Shown: piece by piece, positions 35,501 through 46,990 of the stretch
How positions within the stretch are numbered: position 1 is the first letter of the stretch
Layout: every line of letters begins with the position of its first letter
Assembly: GCA_051294905.1 (NCBI GenBank)
Contig: CM119372.1
Location: 29,698,001 to 29,762,000 of the forward strand
Origin: Botryllus schlosseri
Taxonomy: Eukaryota
Length of the DNA stretch: 64,000 nt
Direction: 5' to 3'
Made by a program: the position numbers and the translations under genes
The notes under the pieces: generated by a model
Database searches by the model: none
What the model was told of the DNA's origin: nothing
The model's input: the letters and a program-made list of their open reading frames with translations, nothing else

Positions 35501-36974
35501 GTATTTGGTTGATACAGCAACTGGTACGAAATTCCTAGCTGACACGGGGAGCATCCCCAATTTAATAATGAAAAAGGTCGTTATAACTAAATATCCACAA
35601 AGCTGGGAGGAACGTCAACCAATAGATATGGAATTGACTGGAATAGGCGGCTCGTCCCAAGTGGACTCCTTTGTAGTGATTGATTTTGATGGACTGTCCG
35701 TTCCCTTTGTGACCGGACCAGGAGTCCCACTTAATATCATAGGGCTGAAATGGATTGAGGAAGTCCAACAATTACCAGGCATAACTACGGAATTCAAAAC
35801 CCCGTCTAACGCAAATGTGGAGTTGTCTTTAGTATCACTACTTGAAGAGAATCTTTGTGATCAGAGTAACGGAACCAAAGTCGAAAGCAGTATTAGCTAC
35901 ACTGCAACCGACGATGGGTTGATGGATGCTGCAAATCAAAGTAGCGTGGAGCGGAAAATTGCCGCTGGCGCGAGTACCGAGATGGAAATGACCACTGGTG
36001 CGAGCGACGAGTTGACATTAGCAACTAACGTCACACATAACCCATGGGAATCTATAGGTGTTGAGACAGGAATGCCTGCTGACACCGTAAATGAAGACGT
36101 CGAGCGTGGAATCCCCGCTGGCGTAAAGTTGGACCTGCACGAGAAAACGGGTCCTAAATGCTTGCGTGGATGCACTTGTCCGAATAACCTTAATGATTCG
36201 GCCCATAGCTGCATGACGACAGCCACAGTAATGAGTACTTTCCCAGAAGGTTCAAATCAAGCAGCAATTGCCGGTCAACCGGATACACATCCGGAAATGT
36301 CCGACAAGGAGTCTGGGGATTTTAGGATGCACGTCTCCCCAGAAAAAGGGTCCCCGGCGGAAAAAGAGTCCGTCGGCGTGGCGGTAGGTGCGGGCACGCG
36401 CCGAGATCAGAGGCCTACATTGAAGGACCTCACCCTCTCTCCACCAACACCGAAAACCCGGTCATCACGAATCTCAAACCAGCCTATGGTTGGGCCAGTT
36501 ACTACGTACGTTTTACAGAAAGACACTCACTCACGCGTCAAGACGGAGCTCGAAAATCTCTGCGCACAATCTGTAGCGCTGGCCAAACTCCCATACAAAC
36601 CTCCTGATCTGACGACTCCAGAAAATACCATTATCGCTGATGATGTCTGGAAAGCTATCTACGCACCGTTCGCGTCCGAACTCGAGGACCTACGGGGCCA
36701 CCTTGGCGCTCTACAAACCATGAAATACAAATGCGACATCGAGCTTAAAGATCCCTCGACGAAACCATTTGTGTCTGGGCCTTATAATCTGAAGGGGGAG
36801 GGCCAGGCAAAGGCATTGAAAGAAGCGGTAGATAACTTCCTGGACTTGGGCGTCATTGAACGAGGTTTTGCCGAATGGAAGTTGGCTATCTTCGTGGTCC
36901 CTCAGAAAATGAATGAGAGACAAAAACAGGAGGACGGATGGAAGCAAGCCTGGAGGGTAGTACAGAATCAATAG
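32550..36974 (+). CDS. gag-pol: Gag-protease-RT N-terminus polyprotein (Ty3/gypsy- or retrovirus-like)
   Basis: N-terminal coiled coil, PPAY (32967) and YPTL (33072), CCHC knuckle CYYCKAPGHQSRNC (34854-34895), protease LADTGS (~35538), RT start PYNL...LDLGVIE...WKLAIFVVPQK...WRVVQN. Confidence 0.9.
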   Translation: MRRMLKAFKRKKSSEATDELKQGITLLKATQKRHEDVRRQERQLAKDVAEQTELLKEVKTALPETMKGLEKAKKEVRKAQADLKAVCDATTKVSGKVSTEVLNDILTSEFELGKSHAQVTRDKTQSPVSTVLPNAPEYDPPAYVPLDEQMSGYVKQGPTMTVRKGLDCHTVTAVYPTLPKPESVALSDSLKEPASCFPVGSGVRAKHKNGNPATAGTRTEPAKSSLSKNRGYQGGQERRNLETESRINADGASQRVTFHSPVEEQSDAEDSEVDFNTRIKRLSQDIRDNIRSLRGGASSLDSAEESRDISRSPDTPRATSTPKEYGGRTRQQQQQLHEHSGISAPLLNVSAKIQSEKEMLQLMMDPGDMPLLKWMENSMRRIRHGPGNTDVDVILANALQKKLRAAGRHKQATQLGNFFNTNSGEAEWESVMRSLSLSNPQGLVNDEKIIGEFRRNYRWEDEPLPLLNSALKQLEINMDSLIEDNPDGLRLFRNLRQRLPEALRLMLRGWEEDKTWRYVAEELQLVWNSEFLDEQETRPRYQETKEVRDMKPSLPPVHIYNVQPAGQIVHSYPTHGNEDRQLNTPPPPGETPPPPVVQSPSPLQPLNNFGGSTSPGPPRVTPPRQPDNTGQVPIRRRNPQRNARINRPPTHIMNGNGPGRRGQYSRARPVQQQNGRTASTGPNEQPTRITRSSRASQGPGTSNRSPRMTNTQDSGMGTDSSQITPSSSQEARNIADSQGERYNFLGNPNIFAPLGLYLNPTQGQSLSVCYYCKAPGHQSRNCVAKFILWLNDKVLAKDEELGWIIRGRARPVPPHVKASAERNWKPFLERNGIQTIEGLDRYLALHGSPSFVQRTALCEAYYDTRPKSRDRTHWHDRDQWGPHGPPARSSGGNIQVAWAKPQYHERSRRYDASYWTDDELNQGVRLSKKRHGVLIDPVNQLPDKLIFQHIKTVHNSSLPLFTFLDMPDDPLQPDFTELFGSQLLYLVDTATGTKFLADTGSIPNLIMKKVVITKYPQSWEERQPIDMELTGIGGSSQVDSFVVIDFDGLSVPFVTGPGVPLNIIGLKWIEEVQQLPGITTEFKTPSNANVELSLVSLLEENLCDQSNGTKVESSISYTATDDGLMDAANQSSVERKIAAGASTEMEMTTGASDELTLATNVTHNPWESIGVETGMPADTVNEDVERGIPAGVKLDLHEKTGPKCLRGCTCPNNLNDSAHSCMTTATVMSTFPEGSNQAAIAGQPDTHPEMSDKESGDFRMHVSPEKGSPAEKESVGVAVGAGTRRDQRPTLKDLTLSPPTPKTRSSRISNQPMVGPVTTYVLQKDTHSRVKTELENLCAQSVALAKLPYKPPDLTTPENTIIADDVWKAIYAPFASELEDLRGHLGALQTMKYKCDIELKDPSTKPFVSGPYNLKGEGQAKALKEAVDNFLDLGVIERGFAEWKLAIFVVPQKMNERQKQEDGWKQAWRVVQNQ

Positions 36975-38737
36975 AAGTACCCCCACCTCTTGTACCGGAC
37001 GTAAAGCAGCTCGCCCAAGGCAGAGAAGTGCTTTCTCTACTAGATTTGAAGAAGGCCTATTTCCACATGGATGTAACGGAAAGATCTAAACAATATGTGG
37101 GTATAGCCATCAAGGGGATGCATGTAAGATGGCGTAAAATGCCGATGGGGCTTAAAACCGCTGTGGCTCTTTGGAGTGCGAATATGCAGGAATGCGTGGT
37201 GAAACCTATCACGGAAAATTATCGTAAATACATGAAGCAAAATGGTCGGTCGGATGAGGAGAATGCGACGCCTATGGAGGCCTACATAGACGACATTTTT
37301 CTTAGCACAAAAACGGTAGAAGATCACCTAATACTACTACGCATGGTATTTGAACAACTCGCCAAGATGAAACTGACGGTAAGCATCAATAAGTGTTTCA
37401 TTGGAAAACGAAGGGTGAACCTTTTGGGGGCAACCTTGACGGGGAAAGAAATTGAGGTTCAGCCCGAACGAATAAGGGCTTTACGCGAACTCTCGCCACC
37501 CCATAATGTATACGAGTTAAGGGGGTGGATTGGCGCGCTTCGCTATATCTCGGAGCATATACCTGAGTTAAGTTTGAAGCTGGCCAAATTCGATGCGCTA
37601 ACAGGCAAGGTCCCTGCGACACAAGGACGAGTGACGCCTGTGCTATGGACCGATGAATTACTGCAGGATTTCAAAATGACACAGGCAGCTCTTGATGATG
37701 CTAAGGTCTTGTACCATCTAGATCCAAATCTTCCCATTTTTGTGGAAACAGACGCCTCAGATGTTGGATTTGGGTCAATCATTTTCCAGACGGAAAAAGG
37801 GTGTAAACCGCCTTTCGAAAAGGTTTACCCAATCGCTTATTACAGTCAGAAGTGGGTAACTCCAGCGGCAAAAGCCTATGATCCGTGCACAAAGGAATTG
37901 AAAGCATTAAAGGATTCGGTTGAAAAATGGCAGTCAATGTTGAGAGCCTTATCCTTTACAATAATCACTGATAATACTGGGGTATTTGGGCTCCTCAAAA
38001 GAATGACGGATAAAGCGAAAAATCCAAGCCCAAAACCCCTGATTCAAAGGTGGCTCAATCATCTCGCAGGATTCCAAATAAAAGAGGTAATTCATTTAAG
38101 TACGATGCAGGTATTTACGTCGGATGGATTGTCTCGATCTTATTGGATGGAAATGGCTGCGGGAGAAGATGATCCACATGTTTGGGCAACGATTCCTAAG
38201 GAAAAAAGCGTTCCGTACCAGCAAAAAATACCTCGACTGGAAAAAATACAGCACAAATTGATGGCCCATTGTCGACACGAGCCTTGTAACAAATCGGTGG
38301 ATGGGTACCACCCCTGGGAAGATATTTGTGAGATCATTAAAATAAAAATCGGGGTGGAAATGGAAATTGAAGAATTAAAAGATGTCATGAAAAGGTGCGA
38401 CAGAGCAATTGTCTCAGAAAATGGATTGGCGGCTGCCCACGGGCATACACAAGGGAAGCCTCCTCAATATTGTAAATATGAAGGTAACGAGGTGTTGTAC
38501 CACATGACGACCGAAAACAATGCAGGACAGATAATGTCCGCGGGCATTGAACGGATGAACAGGAGATTCATTCATTTGAGCAAAACGCTAACGAAGAAAA
38601 GTAAAAGGCGGAATGTGGTAATTTGCCTGAAAGCAGCAGATCTAAGGAATGAGGGACTCGTATTGCTGCAATCAAACGTACAAGACGTGGTATTGTGTGA
38701 AGGCCCTATACCACCCACGATCATACAAAAGATGTAA
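36938..38737 (+). pseudogene. pol: Remainder of pol: RT, RNase H and ~200-aa C-terminal domain; no integrase; out of frame with the upstream ORF
   Basis: LDLKKAYFHM, MPMGLKTA, YIDD (37283-37294), FVETDASDVGFG, KELKAL, ITDN, SDGLSR. No HHCC or D,D35E motif before the stop or before the right TIR. Confidence 0.9.
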
Positions 38738-38838
38738 AGCTGTTTTTGGCAGAGTGTAAATATGTGACATAATAAGGGTGAACGGACAAAATCCCTATAA
38801 TGGGAGCAAACGGACAAAACTGAAACGTCGTAACTAGA

Positions 38839-38861
38839 AAAAATGCTGAGTCAGCATTTTT
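38839..38861. promoter_or_regulatory. Palindromic Maf/AP-1 element (T-MARE) with A/T flanks; CRE TGACGTCA at 38961-38968
   Basis: aaaaaTGCTGAGTCAGCAttttt has 11-bp perfect arms and matches the T-MARE consensus TGCTGA(C/G)TCAGCA. Confidence 0.55.
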
Positions 38862-38987
38862 ATATCTCGTGTGGAAAAACGAGAGAACAAGAAGAAAAAA
38901 GGATAAGTGATAGAATAAACAAGGCGATTGAAATAAAGGATCATGGGGAATCATAATGAATGACGTCAAGTAGAGACACGAGTTAAG

Positions 38988-39010
38988 CGGGCATATACTG
39001 CACTAGTTCC
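38988..39010 (-). repeat. Right terminal inverted repeat (23 bp)
   Basis: CGGGCATATACTGCACTAGTTCC followed directly by aagagttg. Confidence 0.8.
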
Positions 39011-39018
39011 AAGAGTTG
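39011..39018. repeat. Target-site duplication, right copy (aagagttg); 7 nt of the left copy visible at 1-7
   Basis: The 7 visible bases left of the left TIR (agagttg) equal 39012-39018. The first base of the left copy lies outside the window. 8-9 bp TSDs are typical of Merlin. Confidence 0.8.
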
Positions 39019-42000
39019 TTCTGGTGCGCATTTGGTATTTGAGCACGTTCTTTAAAAATTTGGAGTAGGTTCCGGATCCGCTTTAGCCACATCACCATTC
39101 TTGATTATTGCTGACATATCACAAAGCTTATCGGAGAATTTTGCATAATGCAATCTCGCAACTAATCCTCGATTTGCATATTTTTTAAAATATCGGCATT
39201 TTGGCAAGTACAAGATCATTCACATTCTAAAACGCAAGGACCATCGTCGACTTGTCGGTACCCTCATAGAATATTGTCTTGCAACTTGACCAATAATATC
39301 CCCCTGGTTTTGTTTCGTTATAACATTTAACCGTCACTGGTTTCTTGTTTGTATTGTTTCTGAAGGAAACAGCTACCTCTGGTTGGAGTGAACTCAATAT
39401 ATATGTGTACAACTTCGATCTCTACACTGGCATCTCGCCGTTACGCTTATCAACAAGATGATAGCTTTGAAAAGTGTTGCTACATGAAGCTGCCTGTGTT
39501 CCTTCTGGTCCTGGGTAGCTTCAAGCAACTACTTACAATAGTGTCAACTGGGACTTCGTTTGCTTCTCCAAACGTATACGTAACATTGTTTCAAGATGGA
39601 TTACATCAGACTCTTCACATGACTATGCTTGGCAAATGTATAGATTATAGAAGAGTTGTCCTGTCCTATCCTTGCCTAAATATGAGACGGCCTTGTACAA
39701 CTACTTGGTAGCAGCAGCGTCCACCATCTGACATTTTACTTCAATTATTTGCTGGCATTTTTACCATGTAATAAACGAAAACAATATTATCTTTATCGAG
39801 TCTACACATTTTTTTTATTCCTTATGTCAATAGAAAGCTCATGACTTCCATAAACCTGTTCCTCGAGAGGGTCTGACTAAAAATAATGCACTCATGCCTT
39901 CACTCCTCATATGCATTCAATTTACTAGATCCAGCTCCCTCTCCCCCCGAAGAGCCATCTCGTATACCAGAGCAAAGGCCCTTTGCCCTTATACAACCCT
40001 AGTATATTAGTATGGACAATACAGATGTCCGCTTGGTCTAATGATACATTTCAAATGTCATGTCCTGTAACACACTGAGCTTCCAAAATATAATATTACA
40101 GAGCTTTGGCGACTCGGAACGAGGACGATCCACGGCCTTCTATAAGAAGGGATGTTGTTGCTAACACAGTTAGACCAAGCCGATATTAACAAAGTTCTGT
40201 TGTTACAAACGACTTTTCTACGTTTAGCAGATACATACCATTTTCAAGAATATGAAACTGCGATGCCTCAAGGTAGAAAAACTGTAATGCGTGTGTATAA
40301 CTTTTTTATTTGTACTAGATGAGTGATGAAAATCATAGGTAAGGTGGCCTACATAAAATAAATGAAAGTCAAGAAGTTTCAGCCGAACAGCGTAGGATTT
40401 GACTGAATACCAGCTCTTCAAAAATGAAAATGCGTCAAAAAGGCCAATTGTTCGTTCTAGAGTTAAAATCAGTGTTGTCGGGAAGTTCGTGTTACCGTAC
40501 CACCAAGTTACTTGTTTACGTTGGAAAACGCCATTGTGACGTCATCTTGATAAAAAGTCGCTTGCAGCCCTTGCCCCACCACCCGATATTGTCACGAGCC
40601 GCCACTGGTAACCCTAATATATTGTCACATTTTATCGGAATCGAGGAAAGCTTTTTCTGAACTGTTTTTCTTTTGGTTTATTGCCATGATATAAAGGGCT
40701 TCTTTTGCATTGTCTATTAAATACAACCAGATGAATGGAGAATGGAGACTGTTAACTAACAGCTCAACACGAAACCGGAAGTGCGTGTTACTTCACAATA
40801 GAAATAAAGATGCATCGGTTCTAGGACAGTCGATCCCTCTCGGCATAGGACATTCTGTGGCCTACACCAAATACCCCGTGTTCTATGTTAGAACACAGCC
40901 AGAGATTAGCATTGGTTAATTTCGAGGCTTTTTGTTGGTGTTTTGCATGATTAAACAACACTTCTAAATACAAAAAGCTTCACATTTTTGGTGGTTTCTG
41001 ATTTGCCGTAATATTTTACTATGATCTAGAGTCGGTCGAAGTGATCAGCGTAGCTACCCAAGTAGCACAAGTAACACCTTACTCAATTACAAGTAGAAGT
41101 AGTCATTTCGAAATTAGGTATAAGTGACCCAAAGAAGTCCTGGCGCGAAAATCGTGAAGACCAGTGTTATCGGTTTAATTATTGTCTGCGGAAAATTATA
41201 TGCGCATTGCGTTATTTTCTTGCTGCGTACCAGCAAACATGTAATTTTCAGCGGTCTGCCCAGGCCGTACGTGAAATAGGAAAGTACCAAATTTTTCAGC
41301 TCTGCAGGATCTGAAAGCGAAAGGCTGTCATGTGGGTTTCAAACCTAAAAAACATAAAATGTATTCATTGTCGAATGAATAGCGAAAAAAGAAACGAAGC
41401 AAGCAGATACTCTGCGAATCTAACAGTTTTCGAGTGTCTTATTCCCTACTGTATCTAAAAAATTATAAATACAACTTTTTTCCGCAACTTATATTGAAAT
41501 TAGTGCAACTTTCCCACGATTTAAGTGCAACTAAAACTTGCCCTACTTATTAGAGATTTAGGTGCGTGGTAACCAAGTAGGACTATATTTTAACATATAA
41601 GTCTTGTGTTCGCCGTTACCAAATCTGCCTTGTTAGTCAATCGCTTAACTCTGGACTACGTTCGCTAAGGAGAGGGTGTGTGTGTCTGTGAAATGTAAGG
41701 ATAACGATGAATTAGAGTTTGTAGAAGGGCGGGGCGTCTTGGACGATTTTAGAGTATAGTGAGCTAGTGACTCGAGCCAGATCATGAATCGAGTAATGAC
41801 AACACTGCATAAACGTAACTATGATTTTTTTTCGACGCTGCCCGAAAGTTAGATATAGGCGAATGTCTTAAGGGGCTCCCAGACCAGCGTTTTCAAGGAG
41901 ATGACAAAGTGCCGTTTCGGCCCTGGTCATGAATACAGCAACCATACATATTGTACTGCTTGCCTTTGCAGAAATCAAGTTGTAGTGGTACTTTTGATAC

Positions 42001-45000
42001 CTTGTCAGAAGAATGAAGGTCGTTTTGCCGGCAGCGTGCGTGCTATGGATTTGCTTGAGATCGGGTGAGTTTTTAAACGCTGCTCACGATCGAGTGGTAT
42101 CATACTTACATACTTGTACTCGTAGTACTGGTACATCATAATATTTAGAGAGCATAGTTGCCATTTGCCAGTAGTCTTTATCGTATAAGTCGGCAGATTG
42201 GGATTCAATAAAGGCGTATGAGTGGGTTGTAGCCTGCTTTGGTTGAGCCCGACTGTCATCAACTTGGTCATAACGAATTTGTTGGCTCACACACATAGGC
42301 TATGTGGGGAGAGATGTATAATGTCCCATTGACAAGCAGTGCTGCTACATGTTGTCGTTAATCAGCTCCCCGTTCAATCTAATTTGCTCTCATTTTCATC
42401 ATACTCTTGTTATATTGCCTTCCTTACACAATCGTTTCAGATGCATGCAACGGGGCGGCTACGTGCTACGTCAGAAAAATGCTTACTATCGTTTGGACTG
42501 CCATCACTCTCGGCGTCGTCTTGTAAAGCGTGTTCCAGTTACTTGAGTTACAATCAAGTTCAAATAAAATATTAGAGTAACTTTGTTTTCGTCGCTTTGA
42601 AGTAGGCTATACTGTATCTGAATAAAACTATGTCCGTCTAACTATATTGATCCAACGCCATCACTTATAAATTATAGCAGGATTGCAACACTTTCACACG
42701 GTGTAGCAGGCATCGCATTGTAATCGAATGTGGTCTAAAGACAAACTAGTCTGCTTATGGTCCCAACAGTTTACAGTTCCCTGGTAGAGAAGAAGCTCGA
42801 AAGTACAGTGTCTCACATATCCCATGTGTTGATACTGTCATATCGGACTTGGTTTTGATTTTAATGTGCTGAACGACATGAACTGAGACATTGGTAGAAT
42901 ATTAGCGTTAAGTCAGAGATCTGCGTGGATTATAGTCGATAGTCATGGAGTTTTTACGAGTTGTGATCTCGATCGGTTGCCACATCAGGAAATCGTGTTC
43001 TATCATAATCCATTCTTTTATCGCTCTATGGAATGCGCTACTGCCCGTCTTCCCGATTGTCGGGGGGTTTATCTAGGCTCGTACTCGATCGTCATAGTAT
43101 CCAAGATAAGTTAATTATCATGGCAAGTTTTTTTTGCAGTCAAATCCGTGGAAAGTTGTACTTATTTTTAATAAAAATTGCACTAAAAAGTTGCATTTAT
43201 TTTTCATAAACGTTGCAATAAAAAACTTCAAAAAAAATCTTCAAATAAATCAATAGCCTGAAAAAATTGACCCAGTGGAAATATAATTTTCGGCGGCCTA
43301 TCCTGTGTACGTCAAATCCGAAATGACCTCAAATTTTAACGACAGTGAAATAATGAAGCGACCTATTTACACATGGTACCGAAGAGGTCCAGTAAATATT
43401 TATAGTTGCATGAAAATTCGAAAAAGCAGCAAAACAGCATATATGGTGTTTTAAGATGTTTGGGGGTATCTTATATTGCAACTTTTTGCAACTTTTCTTC
43501 ATTTTTTTCAAGCAATTTTTTGCTGTTGTTTCGATTTTTCATGCAACTTTTTGCAACTTGTACCACATACGTACTACAAAACATCTGAGCATTTAGGAAG
43601 CTGCCGGGAGCTGTAAAAAAAGTTTTAAAAGTTGCAAAAACTTGCCCTACTGATTACTAACGAAAACCCTGATGTTCCGGCCAAGGATAATCTACTATAG
43701 GTTACTTTCCTAGTCGCTGGATATCATCTTCCCCCTAACCGCTGGATTGATCAATCCACAGATTCGACGTAAATCCAGATTTCATTATTCTACTTTTCGG
43801 CCTCGACCCAAAGATTTTCATTTACCTCTCTGGACACCTTGGAAGGTAGTCCGTGGCTTCCCAAAGGGTTCCATATATATATTCAATATTCGTCAGATTA
43901 TATTTTCATCTGAACAAGACACACACGATGTGCAATGCGATAAGACACAATGCGATGTAATGAGCAGATAGGAGGATGCCGAACAACCATAGTTGCGGTT
44001 GCAGTAGCGGTCTCTTAAACTAGCATACACCTCGGCCTAGTTGCCCGATTTCACAGTTCCTTTTTTGATGTTAGTCTCTATTCCGCGGCTCTTTCTTGCT
44101 CTTTCCATTCCTTGTGAGTGCGCTCTTTCATCGGTTCTTTTTCTGGGCTTTTTTGTCACCGTAGTACAGCGATGCGGGGAAGAGGAGCTCAGAATAACCT
44201 CCTACCGCCCGGGCGGCATGCGCTTATCATCACCACTACGCCATATCCCCCGCCATCTCATTGACCTCAATTTATTAATTTTACGTAACACACTTATGTT
44301 GTCCTATTGACTGAATATTTCCAACCTCTACACAGCCTTTTTCAACTGCAAACACAAGTCAGCCCTCAAGATTACCGGATCACGACGTGACATATTGATC
44401 TCGCCTTTCGTCACATGCCACGTCATTTGAACGCGTGTCATTTTATAATATTTCCTTTTACTTTTCACTCAGTGTGTATAGTATGCCTCCTCTTTACATT
44501 GACTAGGTCCAGGTCGGTGTTTGATTTCAAAGACTAGTCCAAGTCATGTCTACACTTTCCTTCCTTTTCATCGTATCGCTATATCGTGGTGTCTGATCAG
44601 ATGAAATTGATAATAAACGGAACTAGACAAGGCTACCAGCCGGCGACGCGGTCATTACAGAGCAGACATGGGGTCATCGCGATTAGTAATCGTAATCGAT
44701 TACGACGATTACAGCATTTTCAAGTAATCGTGATCGCAATCGATTACTTTCGAAAAAAATCCAAAGTAATCGTAATCGTAATCGACTACTTCCCATATCT
44801 AATCGATTTCTTTGGGAGAGAACGATTACTTTTTATTTGTACAAGGACTATGACATAAACTGAACAAATGAACATTCGTGAACAAAGAAGACCAGGTTAG
44901 TGATAGCACAAACGTTTAATTTTCAAACGCCACTGCTCATTATTACGTCAGAAGTATTAGACTTGCTCTTCATTGTGTAAAAAGTATCCACGTGTAGTTA

Positions 45001-46493
45001 ACAGGCATTGGATGTACAATTGTAGCTTGATTGTAAGAACATCCGCCATGCTGTATATCAGGTTATATCAATGCACTCCAGACGCTACTACCTCGCAACA
45101 GGAAAATCATCACCACTCTTCCTAGTTTCAAATAGTAACCTATGTATTGATGTTATATTATGCTTAATTAAGCTATAGATTGCTAACCCACGGCTACCGT
45201 AGGTTATTAATCTATAGTTAAACGCAGTTTGGCCGTTGCCGCTTGGCGAGCAGTGGTGTACGTACGTAAGAAAACCCGACAAAGATTTGCAATTTTGTAC
45301 TCGTCAAATGAAACATTACGATTTCCATAACGAAGCATCAATTCAACAGCTGCTGATATATATCATAACCGAGCTGTTTCTCGTAACGGCAGCTTGTATA
45401 GTATCTGTATTAAGTGAAAGGCGGAATTTTATGTTCACATTATTTTATTCTCATATGACTGTATTTGAAACGGGGCCAATCGTTACTTCGCAATTCTTTA
45501 CTCAACATTTGAACCTACTGCGATAGCCAGTCGCTTATACACCATGTTAAAGCGTGGGTTGTAGGGAGAATCAGGACCCCCGCTTTAAACGTTGGTCTTG
45601 GGCCCCCATAGGGTGGGCCTGGTCAATTCTCAAGTTAATGACTGAATTTTGTGAATAATATTGGTAACTGCATTATATTACTACTCTCACAGCCACCAAT
45701 GGTCAGATTTACCGGTTGAGCTGGGGGTACGCGCTTCATAATAATAACATCTGGTACGTTGGTATAATTATTTCATTGTACGTTGTTGATTCGTTACCTC
45801 CCGTCTGTTTTATAATCAAAAGATATTGTAGTCGCCCAAACGCAGCAGACTAAAAAAAAACTTTCGTGAGACGCACACACAAATTGCCTTGTCTTCATTC
45901 CTCTGTTGGTGCCGCGGGTGGCATTTGTTCTGTGGGGCTGAGATTGGAATGACAGGACTATTCGTCACGCCCACCCAGCGCGACTTTTTACATTGGACAC
46001 GACCAAGGTCTTTGGTAGCACACTTCGTGGAGTCGCATGTTGTCCGAAACAGCATATGTCTTTTGGAGTGTCGTGGCGCGGTAATGACCGGCACCGAAAT
46101 GTCTATTCCAATAAACCATACATGCTCTTTTATTGAGGGGGAGAGGTATGCATTTCAATATCAAGCTATTTAGAGCAGTGGTTCTCAACGTGGGGGGCGC
46201 GGAAGGCTCTCAGGGGGGCACGGGAAATTGACAAAGTCTGTATGAATTCTGACTAAACATGTGTTTCACAACCATTCTGAAAAAACGATTGTAGAAGATG
46301 AAACTTATTTGGTATTCAAGAAAGCTCGCCAAATTCAAACTCCAGCAGTCGAGATCAACGGAGTATAGACTGATTTCAACTTTGTTTCAGCAAATTTCTG
46401 ATCTTCTTTGAAGATTTAGAGCAATTCCCACGTGTACGTCATTTAATACTTCATAGCTTTGGCAGTAGCCTAAAGCTCGGTGCGCTGGGTAGC

Positions 46494-46496
<3 letters not shown>

Positions 46497-46525
<29 letters not shown>
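46497..46525. repeat. (GA)n microsatellite
   Basis: Continuous GA run. Confidence 0.95.
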
Positions 46526-46527
<2 letters not shown>

Positions 46528-46990
46528 TTTATTTTCATCGAACCAAAATACATAACAAACGGCAGTGATGGTGGTACAGAAAATATGCGTGCACAGTATT
46601 CGGTATTAGATAGGAATGATCGATAAGACCGTGAAGGTCATCTAGTCTGATCACACCAGCATCAAACAGGTACACTTGACTCTGAACAGTCTGGCTGTAA
46701 AAAAAATGTTTAGTTAAGAAAGGAAAATAGAAAAAAATTAAACAATGGTAGCAAATGATCAATGAAGCAATGTCTGGGCGAGGTAGGGCAACAGTGTTAG
46801 TGTAACGACAAGAGGTGATCAAGTAGGGCTTTTTTCAATCTATTATAAGGCAATTCACGGATATGTGGTGGTAATGCATTTTAGATGATAGGTCCCGAGT
46901 AGTCGATAGATCTCTTAGTTAGGTTGCTATTGGGCGGGGGTAATAGCTGTTAATAGCTGGCGAACTGCACTGCCTAAGGCAGACTAAGAT

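Larger units (their letters stand above)
8..39010 (+). mobile_element. Giant (39,003 bp) Merlin/IS1595-type TIR element carrying a permuted retrovirus-like genome and cargo genes
   Basis: Left end GGTACTTGTGAAATAAGTGCCCG (8-30) vs reverse complement of right end GGAACTAGTGCAGTATATGCCCG (38988-39010): 17/23 identical. Flanks agagttg (1-7) and aagagttg (39011-39018) match. Two ISXO2-like transposases inside; all long ORFs co-oriented; dense coding ends 273 bp before the right TIR. Confidence 0.85.

Noticed and set aside
36938-36974. Programmed -1 gag-pol frameshift
   Set aside because: The shift lies inside RT, a conserved motif is missing, and I see no slippery heptamer; a deletion explains it better.
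31090-39100. Conventional LTR pair flanking gag-pol
   Set aside because: No direct repeat of the sequence upstream of the PBS was found after pol or after the env genes; pol is followed by a TIR and TSD instead.
39227-39750. Gene just outside the right TIR
   Set aside because: Only short broken frames with no identifiable family.
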